Of a DNA stretch of 64,000 nucleotides, positions 42,301 to 50,700 are shown one piece after another. Under the pieces are notes generated by a model. The model ran no database searches. It had not been told where the DNA came from and saw nothing but the letters and a program-made list of their open reading frames with translations. Numbering within the stretch: the first letter of the stretch is position 1; every line of letters begins with the position of its first letter. The stretch lies in IMG/VR virus record IMGVR_UViG_3300046163_000090, positions 1-64,000 of that record; one strand, given 5' to 3'. The position numbers and the translations under genes were made by a program. Source of the stretch: a virus.

Positions 42301-43080
42301 AAACAAGGTATTCACAGTGCCGCAGATTTAGCTGAAAAAAAACCCAATAGTTTCGGTTACTACAAAAATGCGATGAATGACTACAGGGATAGAATGGGTT
42401 TTGATTCAATGTCAACCGATGATATAACCTCGGGCAAACCTGTTACTGGAGCCGACATGCTTAGGGCGAGCAATTCATCTCCATCTTGTTCAGGCGGAGT
42501 ATGCTCGACTTCTGATAATCTTGGTATGACAAAAAATAATGACTATAGGAGCACTTTTCACTCACCAGAGCAAATTGCTTTTTCTGATGCTTTATACGGT
42601 AGGGCAAACCTGGCTCCTGGCTTAGATATGAAAAACAGTAATTTTTTAAATAATGGCTATTTGAAGAAAAATAATGGTGGTATTATCGATTCTCCCATTC
42701 AGGGTTACAGCTCTGGCGGAAAAGTTTATGGTCCAGGAGGCATAGATAAAGTTGGCCCAGTTATGCTTGATAAAGGAGAATATGTGGTAAGAGCATCAAG
42801 CGTTAACAGTATCGAAAAACAATTTCCAGGATTTTTTGATCAACTTAATGCAATGAGGTTTAATCAAGGCGGTTCAGTCGGAGGCACTCAATCTAAGTCA
42901 GAGTCCTCCTCTCAGCAATCAGGTAATGTAACTGTTAATATCAATGTTGCCTCTGATGGTAGTTCTTCGAGCTCCTCAAGCGGTGGTGGTTCAGAACAGC
43001 AAATGGCTTCCAAGATTAAAGATGCTGTTGTTGGTATTATTGCTCAAGAAAAGAGGGTTGGAGGAATGCTGAGTGGCTAA
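30322..43080 (+). CDS. Tape measure protein, 4252 aa, with a central motif-delimited multi-module insertion
   Basis: N-terminal TP901/PhageMin_Tail-like core (AAEAALEFSRQGL..ARGGAVIGNSFKTIFTRLQ..LQELGIAVRD), hydrophobic Gly/Ala segments, long coiled coils, two C-terminal P.ML..GEYVVR motifs typical of TMPs; located between chaperones and tail tip genes. Confidence 0.92.
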   Translation: MTGGLNSLGVRTHEVGLVPSIQAAVKRINRAGIVVRVRASDFTQPLGKMSAKANEFTKSLEASNARVIAFGASAAIIGGVTTAFSQLVIQAAKVEKILADINAVLDTSSENLRKFGDGLFNVARNTSQALEVAAEAALEFSRQGLSMEETLKRTNDALILTRLTGLAAADSVKGLTAAVNGFADAGLTTTEIINKLAAVDVKFAVSADDLINALARAGAVAQDAGVDFNSLVGAVTSAQQITARGGAVIGNSFKTIFTRLQRSSTLDRLQELGIAVRDLQGNTLPAINILTELSRSYDTLGAATRAAVAEQVGGVFQINVLKAALKDLGKENSLYAQATQTASDATNEAYRKNEMLQKTLSSIANQTLTTVRELTANLGDLTIAPALTSFLDSINGALSAVSDLFGEKEGESIGSDFAKGLARAVGNVLSGPGMFGLVLIFGKLFGQAFKFAKNSVKDLLQIKSIKDQELAIQESIVDAMLSNVQLQEALLRLDGDQLKQEQLVLNVLKDQTKMLEKQRSIASSIAPGLRQAGVQPNLIVDAGKNKGATARTNKSSGHIPTAIEEIKERAGARQGGYIAGPIATMSIPTVGRVVYNKNETIKQFDGMSQPAIMPPEKSKAGKEYKNDFSTHHGFDPYSHNSFSAGGFIPNYSFSTMNQNRLRDSKSRNRGVKNLNLEYFYPAAGQGGGTIFKMYKDIVRSADSGQPYTNILAGEIIGPRIPKMIVEGKKMLDKARLSGKKIPKMSIQGTIFPSMLTRKIDKFASDRKDGYIHPPVDYIPGEESEVRKYLKSLGADPESHDTVKLQNVYKGGYDTGFIPSFALKAGLIPGTNILRLPTAKMINETTASDFKGNKIKGWQTLEATVDNVQKHAQTYRNELSELKKVGVDLLQRKMYFSNQSQHIPVKDRKKIARQQKKMTSMKGFAGRNQHKITGNSQEDALFKSSLENKGYYPTWTGAYTAEGRQKGKGDENFKVDFFAPGRKPIESKYGKYTAPNLIAKSIRLYSDSYIEEFLSRSGRSDLSENMRKGKLKDSTNMLTSLGYKDVNADMVLRAGLFNGYLPDRKNNVNQNLRTVKELEGRETVSGYSAMSSSEMFDEFSSNSDRNFPGLEKMSKDGIWNNKNKKSRKKESFYHRGIVPNFSKNWAQGKSKSSDKNQGRKRSPQAEIIKAIRATLSKRGIKRSAMAEDKILFAAEKYISATKSRDYPGGYVNVNGNKINLNEITLALKKHGDYHPSFDDTVEFDGSKNHKDNLMFEELEQKRLPNFARYGMSSLRSPIMFKNGNEGSFGRSYLATTSKSGKLFLLKDGHKPFSDYMKKMGKPEPKLKEGAVGGREGYWVNSGADDVKTWAELPNTKLLASQEKRRAEAQAIENDRKARLNPGVFDPVLSNGKIFFSDGSSGSVNPDSLSKKMGKEYKHVEVDKRALHNYAKENKITKKSGGTESTHLGNAFNKILNLPRSEFLKMKHIVRPRMQTDGEKDLERKMNAPSKPIKWDVRDNQKGKKQYNLKADDTTFRQFSTFLLDQGVPKRSVDNIHKALANKQAHLDKIVKEARDKRSMGRGRGVFFDAAKKQESFEKGFSIPTDGLFIKNLNQMVRDFNKTVYNSDGFIPNFMFGNEAPEQSTLYPTKKDLKIKQYNNALKDFLEHQDNIKNKAWSMADFAGYINNDELSYPNLGDTAAGHSVNILKGKSLIYHSLAKSSKPLLEEFVTGLGRKTNAQSIGAAYEKLIEDNFGVQSLGHNAPIDYKNLGQKVNDFKEVRDPSGNAINEPKYTLLNSTKPNSPVEAAGGTGHTKQHMGRKGPRFAAQNPTGLNDIKATILSTLKGGPTKTKEPLTIGTERIVELTQKGQSDEQNLSGYDPKFKAFQIISEPSDTAFKKTKNILRSMKGTKQVKDKSAISSRVKAQKGNNFNINLFGGYGKSAHLVGSQNMIKLEQEIEQEINKQYKNQSSKNKANFSKQVKNASQNTFEIKYDKDILDLATHPITKSHGHIPNFSAWNPLTKNTQSIAKQGGLATNKFDLAKIIQNSPFKDLLRRHYHWNNFPEKHKKRLNEWLRSQGYTNRTLQGWGVLSRNSGSIAKGATEILTSSGHIPNFANPLGDAISREKEALRERGSAADIYIDQDNRLKNPKNPAGLLVANTRDEPKSGSQGVNRAISMGMDPKTHGASSGVVPNFASSTKGSSSSNKSANEIKDTGKAMKEAGDASGDLMMKMMGLTTLTYALDGAMGEASETASGFQKAMGVVNAAIMGASQAAMLAMVVPKGTSAKGRRKLNDGFEKAKNAYGSKNQSTGSRLKAGLGGAGMMAKGAGGMLMGALGPLGMAAAALIPIFSALKEQFGLFKSNIENIGDSLNAARKQQDLLNQATSSLSSEQQNAKSIIELESKGRNLSSEQMNELHKLRIQEIQNQGKLQGSLESVSANFDLSEKQLKLLSGSYADQQKLLKQLESAQVRYIASLELRKTRAENREKLGDTDAGLADFLNIFQLGDFQKTLALGKESADNIARGEADTFYETYMSGKINEGNAQEVNKQISGIVSLNLSKLRGGDAFDYEDFARDDEFQSQFSNLAKTLGYENNPEEGPDLNEFKRRMSESIASVNAQSYYSGIFGTNLNPFNSGQFTQDERETSKTFKQQLQRRVSGAKEDDAAKIAKKSEQVNLIDIANESNKMAKQISFEQDRALSLAKQRLKIEQKIFEQDQARLGLTDEIEDFLGVLNVDQKVDRQFDRKETAIDQKAEQDIKSLRIDARAESKKFLEDKIKTDRLNNSMFDPMTGINQDKVEKLLREIADNTDPNSKATSKEEIDFANKFERSAIEAMKGKGIDPSSFNKEKELTEQLNKAIAKRNEINANYKDDQYMRKRMTEQNPEASEENIQQLFNERIQARADNPILNKVTRAQEDFTSRYTKGFNQVMADFRERKQVLARPDAIRIYEQSSDYKALEKDMQNKIQSLVEMSISGSNNQNNEGKEQTKRLSFSNTLYNEAERTISRANKSLLSKTELELQKSLKIQERITKEAQSPAHLNQLYSENPRANPKHISSLEEQIKDLSKPPADTTLSNKPEGYKISSTYDIKEMDEYILKTKERLKNLNFSNGSTLSGSTNPDAATDNINSIKNQETEEAIASIPPVSPSEKALMNNASSPERIDIQARAKEQDTADRIKLVGANAQAKGVKDGTRIAESKLKDKANSLTNREQTILPDLFQQQQIQGIKYDSSPSVSNPGVFGQTGDMPLVNPNDPIYPINQARMGKDLALPVSTPDKIDGKSTEARAKSEAEINKIMSEIFIQLRDHKKIAGGVVDKTKARSMIIDGLLQLDDDIERAKAIELINTSNVTTYTDHEIDLIKQGLNQKQATLSDQEQAARQEKKANKDDLDLQKLSESFRNRTNAGLQETLRIRGDINNYEERVSDAVQHNLGVQSGFAKLSSEMLNVQIGKLRSMERDGSLAKHSESLANEELGREEKQRILSTAMLKAKNNLLDGTERGVQIAGDNFDAQEEERRLTLIAAQNKLKLSNLSEKLYKQAETESSIKVAQLAIENKLLAQKTKLYETTEALTKEVEGELEQQRRATYNTGLRNQETNRLNDQMITNPNDPYFGMTGFQANAQQRAQDLNTAQTSQVKNARADFQLYTGRGNELRASETRLQLLQFQKQQNIENGKGRMFSDTIAVRIAEVNVELDRFNETLANTAFDSVKQGFRDMMDTMASGTAEMSDVFGAFLGSIVSAISDKLIDRATAQITSGLFDIIGIGEHNKGGIVGYNRGGYAMGGKSSQTPAMLTAGEYVVRKKVVDRLGSGTLDKMNKTGSLDSLYQEPSTNNFDISTSSGAPGMAFMNEGGWLSRQWDTAKSTFSPFTSSSSDSSWGRVAKGSGMLLGSSYGAYEEAQKNAADNAPEAPQAPSTAVLNTTSDLSLDPSSSSMSPSMRQGGNSYAQQYGDYLLKKYDYDVQQNNQAVEAKAGFWQGMANQFGVALGGAAVGKFTSSLGAAWDTRWGSEATVERWNKQGIHSAADLAEKKPNSFGYYKNAMNDYRDRMGFDSMSTDDITSGKPVTGADMLRASNSSPSCSGGVCSTSDNLGMTKNNDYRSTFHSPEQIAFSDALYGRANLAPGLDMKNSNFLNNGYLKKNNGGIIDSPIQGYSSGGKVYGPGGIDKVGPVMLDKGEYVVRASSVNSIEKQFPGFFDQLNAMRFNQGGSVGGTQSKSESSSQQSGNVTVNINVASDGSSSSSSSGGGSEQQMASKIKDAVVGIIAQEKRVGGMLSG

Positions 43081-43876
43081 CAAAAATTCAGTTTCAAATT
43101 ACGAACAACAATTTTACTTGTCAGGAATTCTGCTGTCTGGAGTCACATCTATTAATGGCAGTTATTCAATTGAAGAATCTCCAATTAATATCATTGGGCA
43201 TGGTTATACCTACCCTGTTGCTCAAGGACCAATGGTTGGAAATTTTTCTTTACAGAAATATTTTATTGGTGAAGATCCAATATTAAACTATACTGGCGAT
43301 AGCCCTATTAGCGGAAGTGTTAATTATGGGGATAAAAGTTTTGGATTTGAAGAAGGTTATTTAACTGAATATTCATTTAGTGCGGGCATAGGCTCGATAC
43401 CTCAATCGAGTGCTAGTATAGTTGTTTATGGCGACATTGGCGAAGGTATTGATGCCTCAGGTTCTAACCCTCATCCAGAAATACAAATAGCTAATCAAGG
43501 CTCAATTTCATTAAATGCAAATGGATATCAAACAAACAGAATCACTAATTTTGAATATAGTTTAAGAATTAACAGAACTCCTTTATATAAAATAGGCTCA
43601 CCATTTCCAGTGCAAGTTGATACATCATTTCCAATCATGGAAGAAGTTAATGTTGTATTTGATGTCTCTGATTATGAAATTAGAAAAATGAACGATAATC
43701 TAATTAGACCGAATCAACAAGATGTAGAAATTTCTGTAAAAAATCCATTAAACAATAATAATATAGAAACATTTGAAATTAAAAAAGCTAGATTATTAAA
43801 TCATAATATAAGTTCTTCAAGCGAGGATATAATGTCTGTTAGCTTGAGGTATATGGGATATAGAAATAAAAGATGA
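43073..43876 (+). CDS. Tail tube-fold minor tail protein
   Basis: Shares motifs with the tube protein (GYLTEYSFSAGIGSIPQSSAS; INRTPLYKIGSPFP....FP); GTG start overlapping the TMP stop. Confidence 0.6.
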   Translation: MANKNSVSNYEQQFYLSGILLSGVTSINGSYSIEESPINIIGHGYTYPVAQGPMVGNFSLQKYFIGEDPILNYTGDSPISGSVNYGDKSFGFEEGYLTEYSFSAGIGSIPQSSASIVVYGDIGEGIDASGSNPHPEIQIANQGSISLNANGYQTNRITNFEYSLRINRTPLYKIGSPFPVQVDTSFPIMEEVNVVFDVSDYEIRKMNDNLIRPNQQDVEISVKNPLNNNNIETFEIKKARLLNHNISSSSEDIMSVSLRYMGYRNKR

Positions 43877-45039
43877 AATTCCTACCATATGAAGACGTAC
43901 CCCTTTATCTTGCCGTCAATGGTCAAGATGGTGAATATATTTTTGCAGAACAAGCTACAATTTCAGTGAATCAAGGTGTTGACGGATGCAGGCAGATTGA
44001 TGATAACTTAATACAAATATGTGAATACGGGTTTGGTTCTTCAATGAATTATTCATCGACGACTTTTCAAACTAACAATCATAAATTTTGTACACTAGGC
44101 CCGCCAAAAGGTCCGCCTAGACCCTTAGCTACATCAATTTTCAAAATACCAAAAGACACTAAAATCACTTTCCCTAACGGCAAAAATTTATACTTTAGTG
44201 ATGATATATATCCTGATGGAAAAGACTATGTAGTTCGATTACATTCTAAAGATGGAAATGTTTCATTGACTGAAGATGAGGCTCAAAACGGTTACTTTGA
44301 GCCTATATATAATTACGCATCACAAGGCCCAGTAGCTGGTAGCATGCAAGTTAATTTCTATACGGATAAAGGTAATTTGCAAAACTTTTTTAATATTACT
44401 GGAGCTTCAAATCCACTACTGTACCCACCCGTTGACGAAGAGAGAATTACGGGTCATCTTGGCGAATTTGCATTTGATCATGCGTACTTAAAGAGTTTTT
44501 CATTTTCTATTGCGCCAAATTCTATTATTCAAGCTTCTGCATCTTTTGATGTCTTTGGAACATTAGAAAAGAATAGTGAGTTAATTAACAACTATCATTC
44601 ATCTAGTGAGTACAGTCAATCTTCGATACCTCACGGAAAGCATAGTGAAATTGTTGGTCACAGTGCCCTAGGAGTTAATCATCCAGTTAGCTTTACTTAC
44701 CAAATATCTGTTGAAAGGCTAGCCAACTATACTGCTCCGACTGGATCTGAAACTAATGTAGGTTTAGTTCCTAATAGAAACTCAAAGAGCTCCACTACTG
44801 TTAGCATGTCACTAGGTGGAGATAACCTAGATCCAGATATCTTATCAGACGGCTTTAATGGCAAAAGGGCGAATCTCAATGTTATTCTAAGCGATTTAGA
44901 TTATGAAAATTTTGAAGATAATTCTGAAGGTGAATTGAATACTTTTAGCTGTAACGGAGTTATAACCTCTCAAAACCTTTCTGTTTCGTCTCAAGGACAT
45001 CTTAATGGATCTATTTCAGTAGTGCAAAATATATCATAA
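43873..45039 (+). CDS. Tail tube-fold minor tail protein 2
   Basis: AYLKSFSFSIAPNSIIQASASFDVFG resembles the tube and previous gene motif; ATGA coupling. Confidence 0.5.
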   Translation: MKFLPYEDVPLYLAVNGQDGEYIFAEQATISVNQGVDGCRQIDDNLIQICEYGFGSSMNYSSTTFQTNNHKFCTLGPPKGPPRPLATSIFKIPKDTKITFPNGKNLYFSDDIYPDGKDYVVRLHSKDGNVSLTEDEAQNGYFEPIYNYASQGPVAGSMQVNFYTDKGNLQNFFNITGASNPLLYPPVDEERITGHLGEFAFDHAYLKSFSFSIAPNSIIQASASFDVFGTLEKNSELINNYHSSSEYSQSSIPHGKHSEIVGHSALGVNHPVSFTYQISVERLANYTAPTGSETNVGLVPNRNSKSSTTVSMSLGGDNLDPDILSDGFNGKRANLNVILSDLDYENFEDNSEGELNTFSCNGVITSQNLSVSSQGHLNGSISVVQNIS

Positions 45040-46175
45040 TGGACATTCAGCATATAGATTTCGACATAAATAGTATCAGGGCTGACTTTGGTGCTTCAGC
45101 TCAATTTCAATCATCAATTGACAAAATGCAATACAACGATAATTATTCTCAAATTGTATCAAGAGGCATTAACTTTCTTAACATGCAGTACTCTTTAACT
45201 TTCAGTAATTTAACTGACGAAGATACAAAAAAAGTAATTTCATTTTTTCAATCTCAATTTTATTACGATGTTCAAGATTATGATATTAAAGGTAATTTTA
45301 CAAATAAAAGATTAGAGCCTTTTGATTATCAACCTAGTTTTCCATATAAAAAATTAAAATTTCATTGCTTAAACTTTAATCATTCAAAAGTTAATTATAA
45401 TATTAATAATGTTAGTGCTACATTGACATGCGTAACTCCAAGCATATTGGATAGTGTTGAATCTTCTCATTCGTATAATCCCGTTATTGATTCAGCTATT
45501 AATATTCATTCAGCAGTAGGCGCATCAACTAATAATCAATCTATTAATTTAATTAACGCTAATAATAATTCACATAGCTTACAAGAAGGTAATTATATAT
45601 TTTCTTCAGGAGATTACAGGAATGCTAAAATTACATCTTCTGGCTCTAGTACTGAAGTAAAGACTAGCACTGGCTTGCCCGCATTAACAACTAAAACTCA
45701 AAATAATGCATTACGAAGTTCAATTTTTATACATGAGCCCAACGAATGCTCTTTCTATCCGCATGAACCTATATACGACGACTCTAGTTTAAACGTTAGG
45801 TTCTTTGATTTTCGGCCAACTCAATCAATTGAAGTTTCTCATTCGCCTAAATTTAAGCAGAGCTCGGCACATGACATTTATAAAAAAACTAATAAGTATG
45901 GCTACAATCCAAATCTAAAAACTTTATCGCTTACTTTTGATAAGAGATCCAATAATGAAGCTAAGAGTATATTGTTATTCCTGGAGAGTCATTTAGGGTA
46001 TAAAAAGTTTGGTTTTCATTTGCAGAAAGATTATAATAATAAAACTCACGAAGAGGCAACTACCCCCATTAATTCAGACTTAAGCTTTTTTTATTGCTCT
46101 GATTGGAGTCATAGTTTTGTTTACCATGACAATCATACGATATCAGCTACTTTTGTGGAATGTCCGAACGTTTAA
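45039..46175 (+). CDS. Distal tail protein with two tandem lambda gpM-like domains
   Basis: Two copies of the gpM pattern: YNDNYSQIVSRGIN..YSLTF..VISFFQSQ and YGYNPNLKTLSLTF..ILLFLESHLGYKKF..CSDWS..ISATFVE. Confidence 0.75.
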   Translation: MDIQHIDFDINSIRADFGASAQFQSSIDKMQYNDNYSQIVSRGINFLNMQYSLTFSNLTDEDTKKVISFFQSQFYYDVQDYDIKGNFTNKRLEPFDYQPSFPYKKLKFHCLNFNHSKVNYNINNVSATLTCVTPSILDSVESSHSYNPVIDSAINIHSAVGASTNNQSINLINANNNSHSLQEGNYIFSSGDYRNAKITSSGSSTEVKTSTGLPALTTKTQNNALRSSIFIHEPNECSFYPHEPIYDDSSLNVRFFDFRPTQSIEVSHSPKFKQSSAHDIYKKTNKYGYNPNLKTLSLTFDKRSNNEAKSILLFLESHLGYKKFGFHLQKDYNNKTHEEATTPINSDLSFFYCSDWSHSFVYHDNHTISATFVECPNV

Positions 46176-46188
46176 TTTAATATAATAT

Positions 46189-47085
46189 ATGAATGAACAT
46201 GTGCATAAAGAGATGTTTGAGATGGAGCCATCCACTCTTATTATTCTTTATGAATTAATTCTTAAAGATTTATCAGATGGACAAACAGAAAAAAGATATC
46301 GATTTCATGGTGGTGAAAATGGATATAATAAATCAATAAAATATGGTTACCCAACACTGGGAAGTCAGGGTAATTTTGAATACTTTTATGTGCCTTGTCG
46401 GGCAGAAGGCTTCGATTACAGTGCTGACGGCTTACCCAGGCCAACCATCACTTTTGATAATACAGACTCATTCTTTAGTTTAAAAACTAGATATTTTAAA
46501 GATTTTATTGGTTATGAATTGATCAGAATCAAAACTTTTGTTAAATTTTTGCACGGAAGTAATTTCCCTAATGACGTCAATCCTTTTGGCTCTCCCACAG
46601 AAGCATCTTTTCCTTACGAAGAATATGTTATCAATACTAAAGTAGTAGAGAATGCAGAAATAATTTCTTTTGAACTTAATTCCAAGCTAGAGAAAGAAGG
46701 AGGTATTGTTCCTGCTAGAAAAATTGTATACAATGTATGCCAGTGGAAATACAGAAGCGAATACGGTTGCGGGTATCAAGGTGGACCAAAGACAGACAAA
46801 GACGGCAATCCATTAACTCACACAAACTCATTCTCGAGTATATCTGAGTGGTCTAGTGAAGCAACTTATTCAAAAGGAACGGCAGTTAAAATCGGTAGTT
46901 CGGCGGCTAAATATCAATATTATGTATGCCAACAAAATGGCACGACAACTCACCCAGAGGATGATAAAGTTAGATGGACTCAAGATATTTGCCCAAAAAA
47001 TATAGCTGGCTGTAGAGCGAGGTTTCAGGAAGGAGATGACAATGGATTACCTTTCGGAGGTTTCCCAGGATCTTGGCCAAAGTAA
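46189..47085 (+). CDS. Minor tail protein L (lambda gpL-like, Fe-S cluster Cys motif)
   Basis: LPRPTITFDN, RIKTFVKFL, CQWKYR..GCGY, DICPKNIAGCRARF, LPFGGFPG: the gpL signature with four conserved Cys. Confidence 0.9.
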   Translation: MNEHVHKEMFEMEPSTLIILYELILKDLSDGQTEKRYRFHGGENGYNKSIKYGYPTLGSQGNFEYFYVPCRAEGFDYSADGLPRPTITFDNTDSFFSLKTRYFKDFIGYELIRIKTFVKFLHGSNFPNDVNPFGSPTEASFPYEEYVINTKVVENAEIISFELNSKLEKEGGIVPARKIVYNVCQWKYRSEYGCGYQGGPKTDKDGNPLTHTNSFSSISEWSSEATYSKGTAVKIGSSAAKYQYYVCQQNGTTTHPEDDKVRWTQDICPKNIAGCRARFQEGDDNGLPFGGFPGSWPK

Positions 47086-47791
47086 GCCTTTAAGTTCTTG
47101 CTTAAGGTATTCTTTATCTTCTCCAAATCAAGAAGTCGGTGGTGTATTCTATTTTAATGAGTCTTTCTCTGATTACCGCTTTCTCAATATTCAAAGTAAA
47201 AATTTAATTGAAAAAAATTTCTTTTCTTGTTCTGACCCAACCTTCTATAAACTTTTTAAAGAAAATAGAGTAATCTCTTTGTTTCATACTCATATTGAAT
47301 CGGGCCCTGAACCAAGTGATTTTGATATAGAAATTGCAAATTCATTTATTCTACCTTCGTGTGTTTTTTCTGTAAAAACTAAAGAATTTAATTTATATTA
47401 TCCTGAAAATTTTAAACCTAGACCTCTTTCAAAAAGAATATTTATACCGATGTTTCAAGATTGCATTACCTTTGTTAAGGACTTTTATTTAAAGCACATG
47501 CAAATAAATTTACATGCAATCACCAATAACTGGGCTAGAGATAGAAAAAATTCAAATGAAATATTGATCAATGTATTAAATGATAATTTTTTTGAAGTGA
47601 ATAAAAAAGATTTAAAGTATGGAGATATTATTGTTATGAGCCCGTTGGACTCTCAGTATTTCCATTTAGTTGTTTATCTTGGCTCAAATGAAGTTTTTCA
47701 TCATCCAATGTTTATGCTTCCAAGAAAGGAATTTATTAAACCAGAAGCCCTTAATAAAGTGTATAAAGTATATAGGTATAAGGAAGGATGA
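47036..47791 (+). CDS. Tail assembly protein K-like (JAB/MPN plus NlpC/P60)
   Basis: E..FHTH..PSDFD JAB motif; QDCITFVKDFY...HLVVYLG..VFHH NlpC/P60 motif; follows gpL. Start codon uncertain (47036 or 47042). Confidence 0.85.
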   Translation: MTMDYLSEVSQDLGQSKPLSSCLRYSLSSPNQEVGGVFYFNESFSDYRFLNIQSKNLIEKNFFSCSDPTFYKLFKENRVISLFHTHIESGPEPSDFDIEIANSFILPSCVFSVKTKEFNLYYPENFKPRPLSKRIFIPMFQDCITFVKDFYLKHMQINLHAITNNWARDRKNSNEILINVLNDNFFEVNKKDLKYGDIIVMSPLDSQYFHLVVYLGSNEVFHHPMFMLPRKEFIKPEALNKVYKVYRYKEG

Positions 47792-50700
47792 AGACGTTTT
47801 TATTTAAAGGGGATATGGCTCAGAAATTTGGCTCAAGTGTCAGCTTGGACGTTCAAACTATGAGAGAGGCTTTAGTTGCATTTTTCTATACTCAAAAAGG
47901 TTTCAAGAAATATTATTTAGATAAAATGTCATCTGGAGTCACCTATGTATTTATTGACTCCAAGGACAATGTACTTGAAAACTTTTGCTCAGATTTAGTT
48001 CTTCAAGATGATGTATACGAGATTGTGCCTAATTTTGAGGCTTCGGGTGGACTTTTAGGTATGGCTGGCAATTTTGGCATGAATGCTTTACTGGGTTATG
48101 GGCTGCAGAAGTTGATAGGAGATTTGACTCCAGTAGAAAGTACTGGCGAGGAGTATGAAATTATAACTACAAATTCTTTCATATATACTTCTAACGAAAA
48201 TAGAGCAGAGCAAGGATTGCCAATTCCAGTTATTTATGGTCAACTTAGAGTAGGTAGTTTAGTTATTAATTCTAACATACAAAACTACGATTTTGATCAT
48301 GAAAGTTTAACTATTTACAGAGGAGCACAGGAAGTTTCCAGTTTGCCTAATATCGGTCAATTTAACTTCAATGAAAAAGCCTACGAGTTTTCTACTTCTA
48401 AAAATTTAAGGGGTACGCCTACTCATGGTAATTTATATCAAAGTGACGATAGTGATTCTTTTCCTAGAGCCAAAGGTCGTTACGATGGAGATCCAACTAA
48501 AAAACCTCCTCATGTATACAATAATAAGGATGGATCAAAACTGCCCAGCGCAGATCACGGAAATCAATCATTTAATAATGACTACGCTCATGAGCCTAAT
48601 CAAGGTGGACACAGAGAAACCTATGGGCCTTCCCTAAAAACTCCTAGATACCTCGAAGATACAAAATCTGCAAGTAAATTTGACGGAGGTACTACTGCCA
48701 AACCTTATCTATTCCCCCCCGAAGGAGCTCCAGAACTCGATGGTACATTTAGACCAAACGATTCTTCAGATGTTTGCATATCTATTAAAGGTAGAACTCC
48801 TTTATCTTCTCAAGAGCAACATTATGTTCTGGGCTATAAAACTAGAACTAAACCTATGACAGTAGGTAAAAGAGGAAATTACCAAAAGTTAGAATCCATA
48901 GGAGTCTTTAGATCTGTAGATGTTTTATCAGAAGGTCCTATAGCAGGTTTTGCTGTACCCGAAACTGGCCGATCATCTTACAATAATTTAGGTTACTTTG
49001 AAAACGATAATGGCTCAATATCTTTAGGGTACCAATCTTCTAGCGAAGCCGTCTTTATTAATAATACCGCTCAAGCTGGCAGTGTTACATTTGACGATGG
49101 TCTGCCAAATAATTTAAGTCATTTCATAGATACAACTAAATTTAGATCAAATGGAACAAGAACTAATGCCTTAACTTTAGAAAACGCAGGCTCTGGTTAT
49201 GCCCCAAATTTAGATGTAAATATTGTCGCCGATGGTACACAGCAAAACGGAATTTCTATTTTAATAGATCGTCCATCTACATCGGAATCGGCTGAATTTG
49301 GTGATTCAGAACTTGCGGATGAACCAATAATTGCTCCTGATGGAGAAACTTATTTTATATCAAGCAACAACCTTTACAACTTAAAATCAAATCTCGCGAG
49401 AGGCAGTCAGGGAGAATTTAATTTAAATTTTCTTGAAGTTAATAATTATCAAAACCCCTTATCTTCTTTTATTATTGAAGAAACCATAGATCATCCTGAC
49501 ACTGGCAATCCTCTTACCGCAAAAGGCTTCAATCTTTCCAGTATGTCTGAGTCAGATTTAGATGGCACTTTCGTAAGTACGGGAGGAGGTTATAGCAACA
49601 GGGAAGATAAAGAGATCATCATTGATCCTCCTAATAGCCCAGTTATTTTTCAGCCAAAGTTAGACAAAAACCTACCTTTTGATCGCAGAGCAAATGCTCT
49701 TGTTTTTGACATGGGCACTCTGTCTAATTTAAATGACATACAAAATAAAATTGATTTTGATGATGAATTTCAAGAATCATATCTAAATGTAGATACATCA
49801 CAAAAAGGACCCTGGAGCCAATTCATAAGACCTTATGCGGATCTCAGAAAATCATTTGGTTTTAGGCCTCAATCCTACACAGTAAATGATGGTATCGTAG
49901 AATACACGGAAACTCCAAAAGAATCTTATGAAAATTGTGTTGCTAGTGATAAACATGAAGAAGTTATAGGTTATTATGGAGTAAAGGCAGGCGAGGTATT
50001 TAAAGCAGGTAAGTTTCCATGGGATGATTTAATCGATAACGGAGATAAAATAGAGTATTATGCAATAACTTTAAGGGTAACTATAGACCAGTATCTTTTC
50101 CTAAAACCTGCAACTATAAAAGTTGTACATGTAGCTACCGCCAATGAAGGTAATAATGGTGGAGTACCTACATGGGGAGCTTCGGCTGTTCAGTCTTGGG
50201 CTCGATCAGGAACATTTTATAAAGATGATGTAAACCCTCTTGAAGAAGAGTCTGGCCAAGACATAGAGCAAGATTTTGACGACGATGGCTCAAAAGATAC
50301 AAAACGATACTATCGCTCAAAATATGACTATTTTATTAGAGCATCTTCAGCTTTACCAGCTGGGAGCTATAATCATAATATACATCTTTGTTCGCATATA
50401 CATGAATTCGCTCTTAAAAATGGCTACTTCACGGGTTCTCAAAGTAATGCAAACGATTGGAATGGAGTGGAAGTAGCAGTTCCATTGGGAATACTCTTAC
50501 AAGTTCCAGACTTAAGTCAGTCAATATTTAATGCATTTCATGCGAAAAAAAGCTCAGCATTTAAACCTATAACTTTACCAACTGGAAAAGATTCCAAAGG
50601 TATATCCAGAACATCTAGGTATTTTAAAATTACTCCTGCCGCAGGATCAACACAACCTAATACAAGTCCAACTTATTTCACATCGATATCCAATCCTAAC

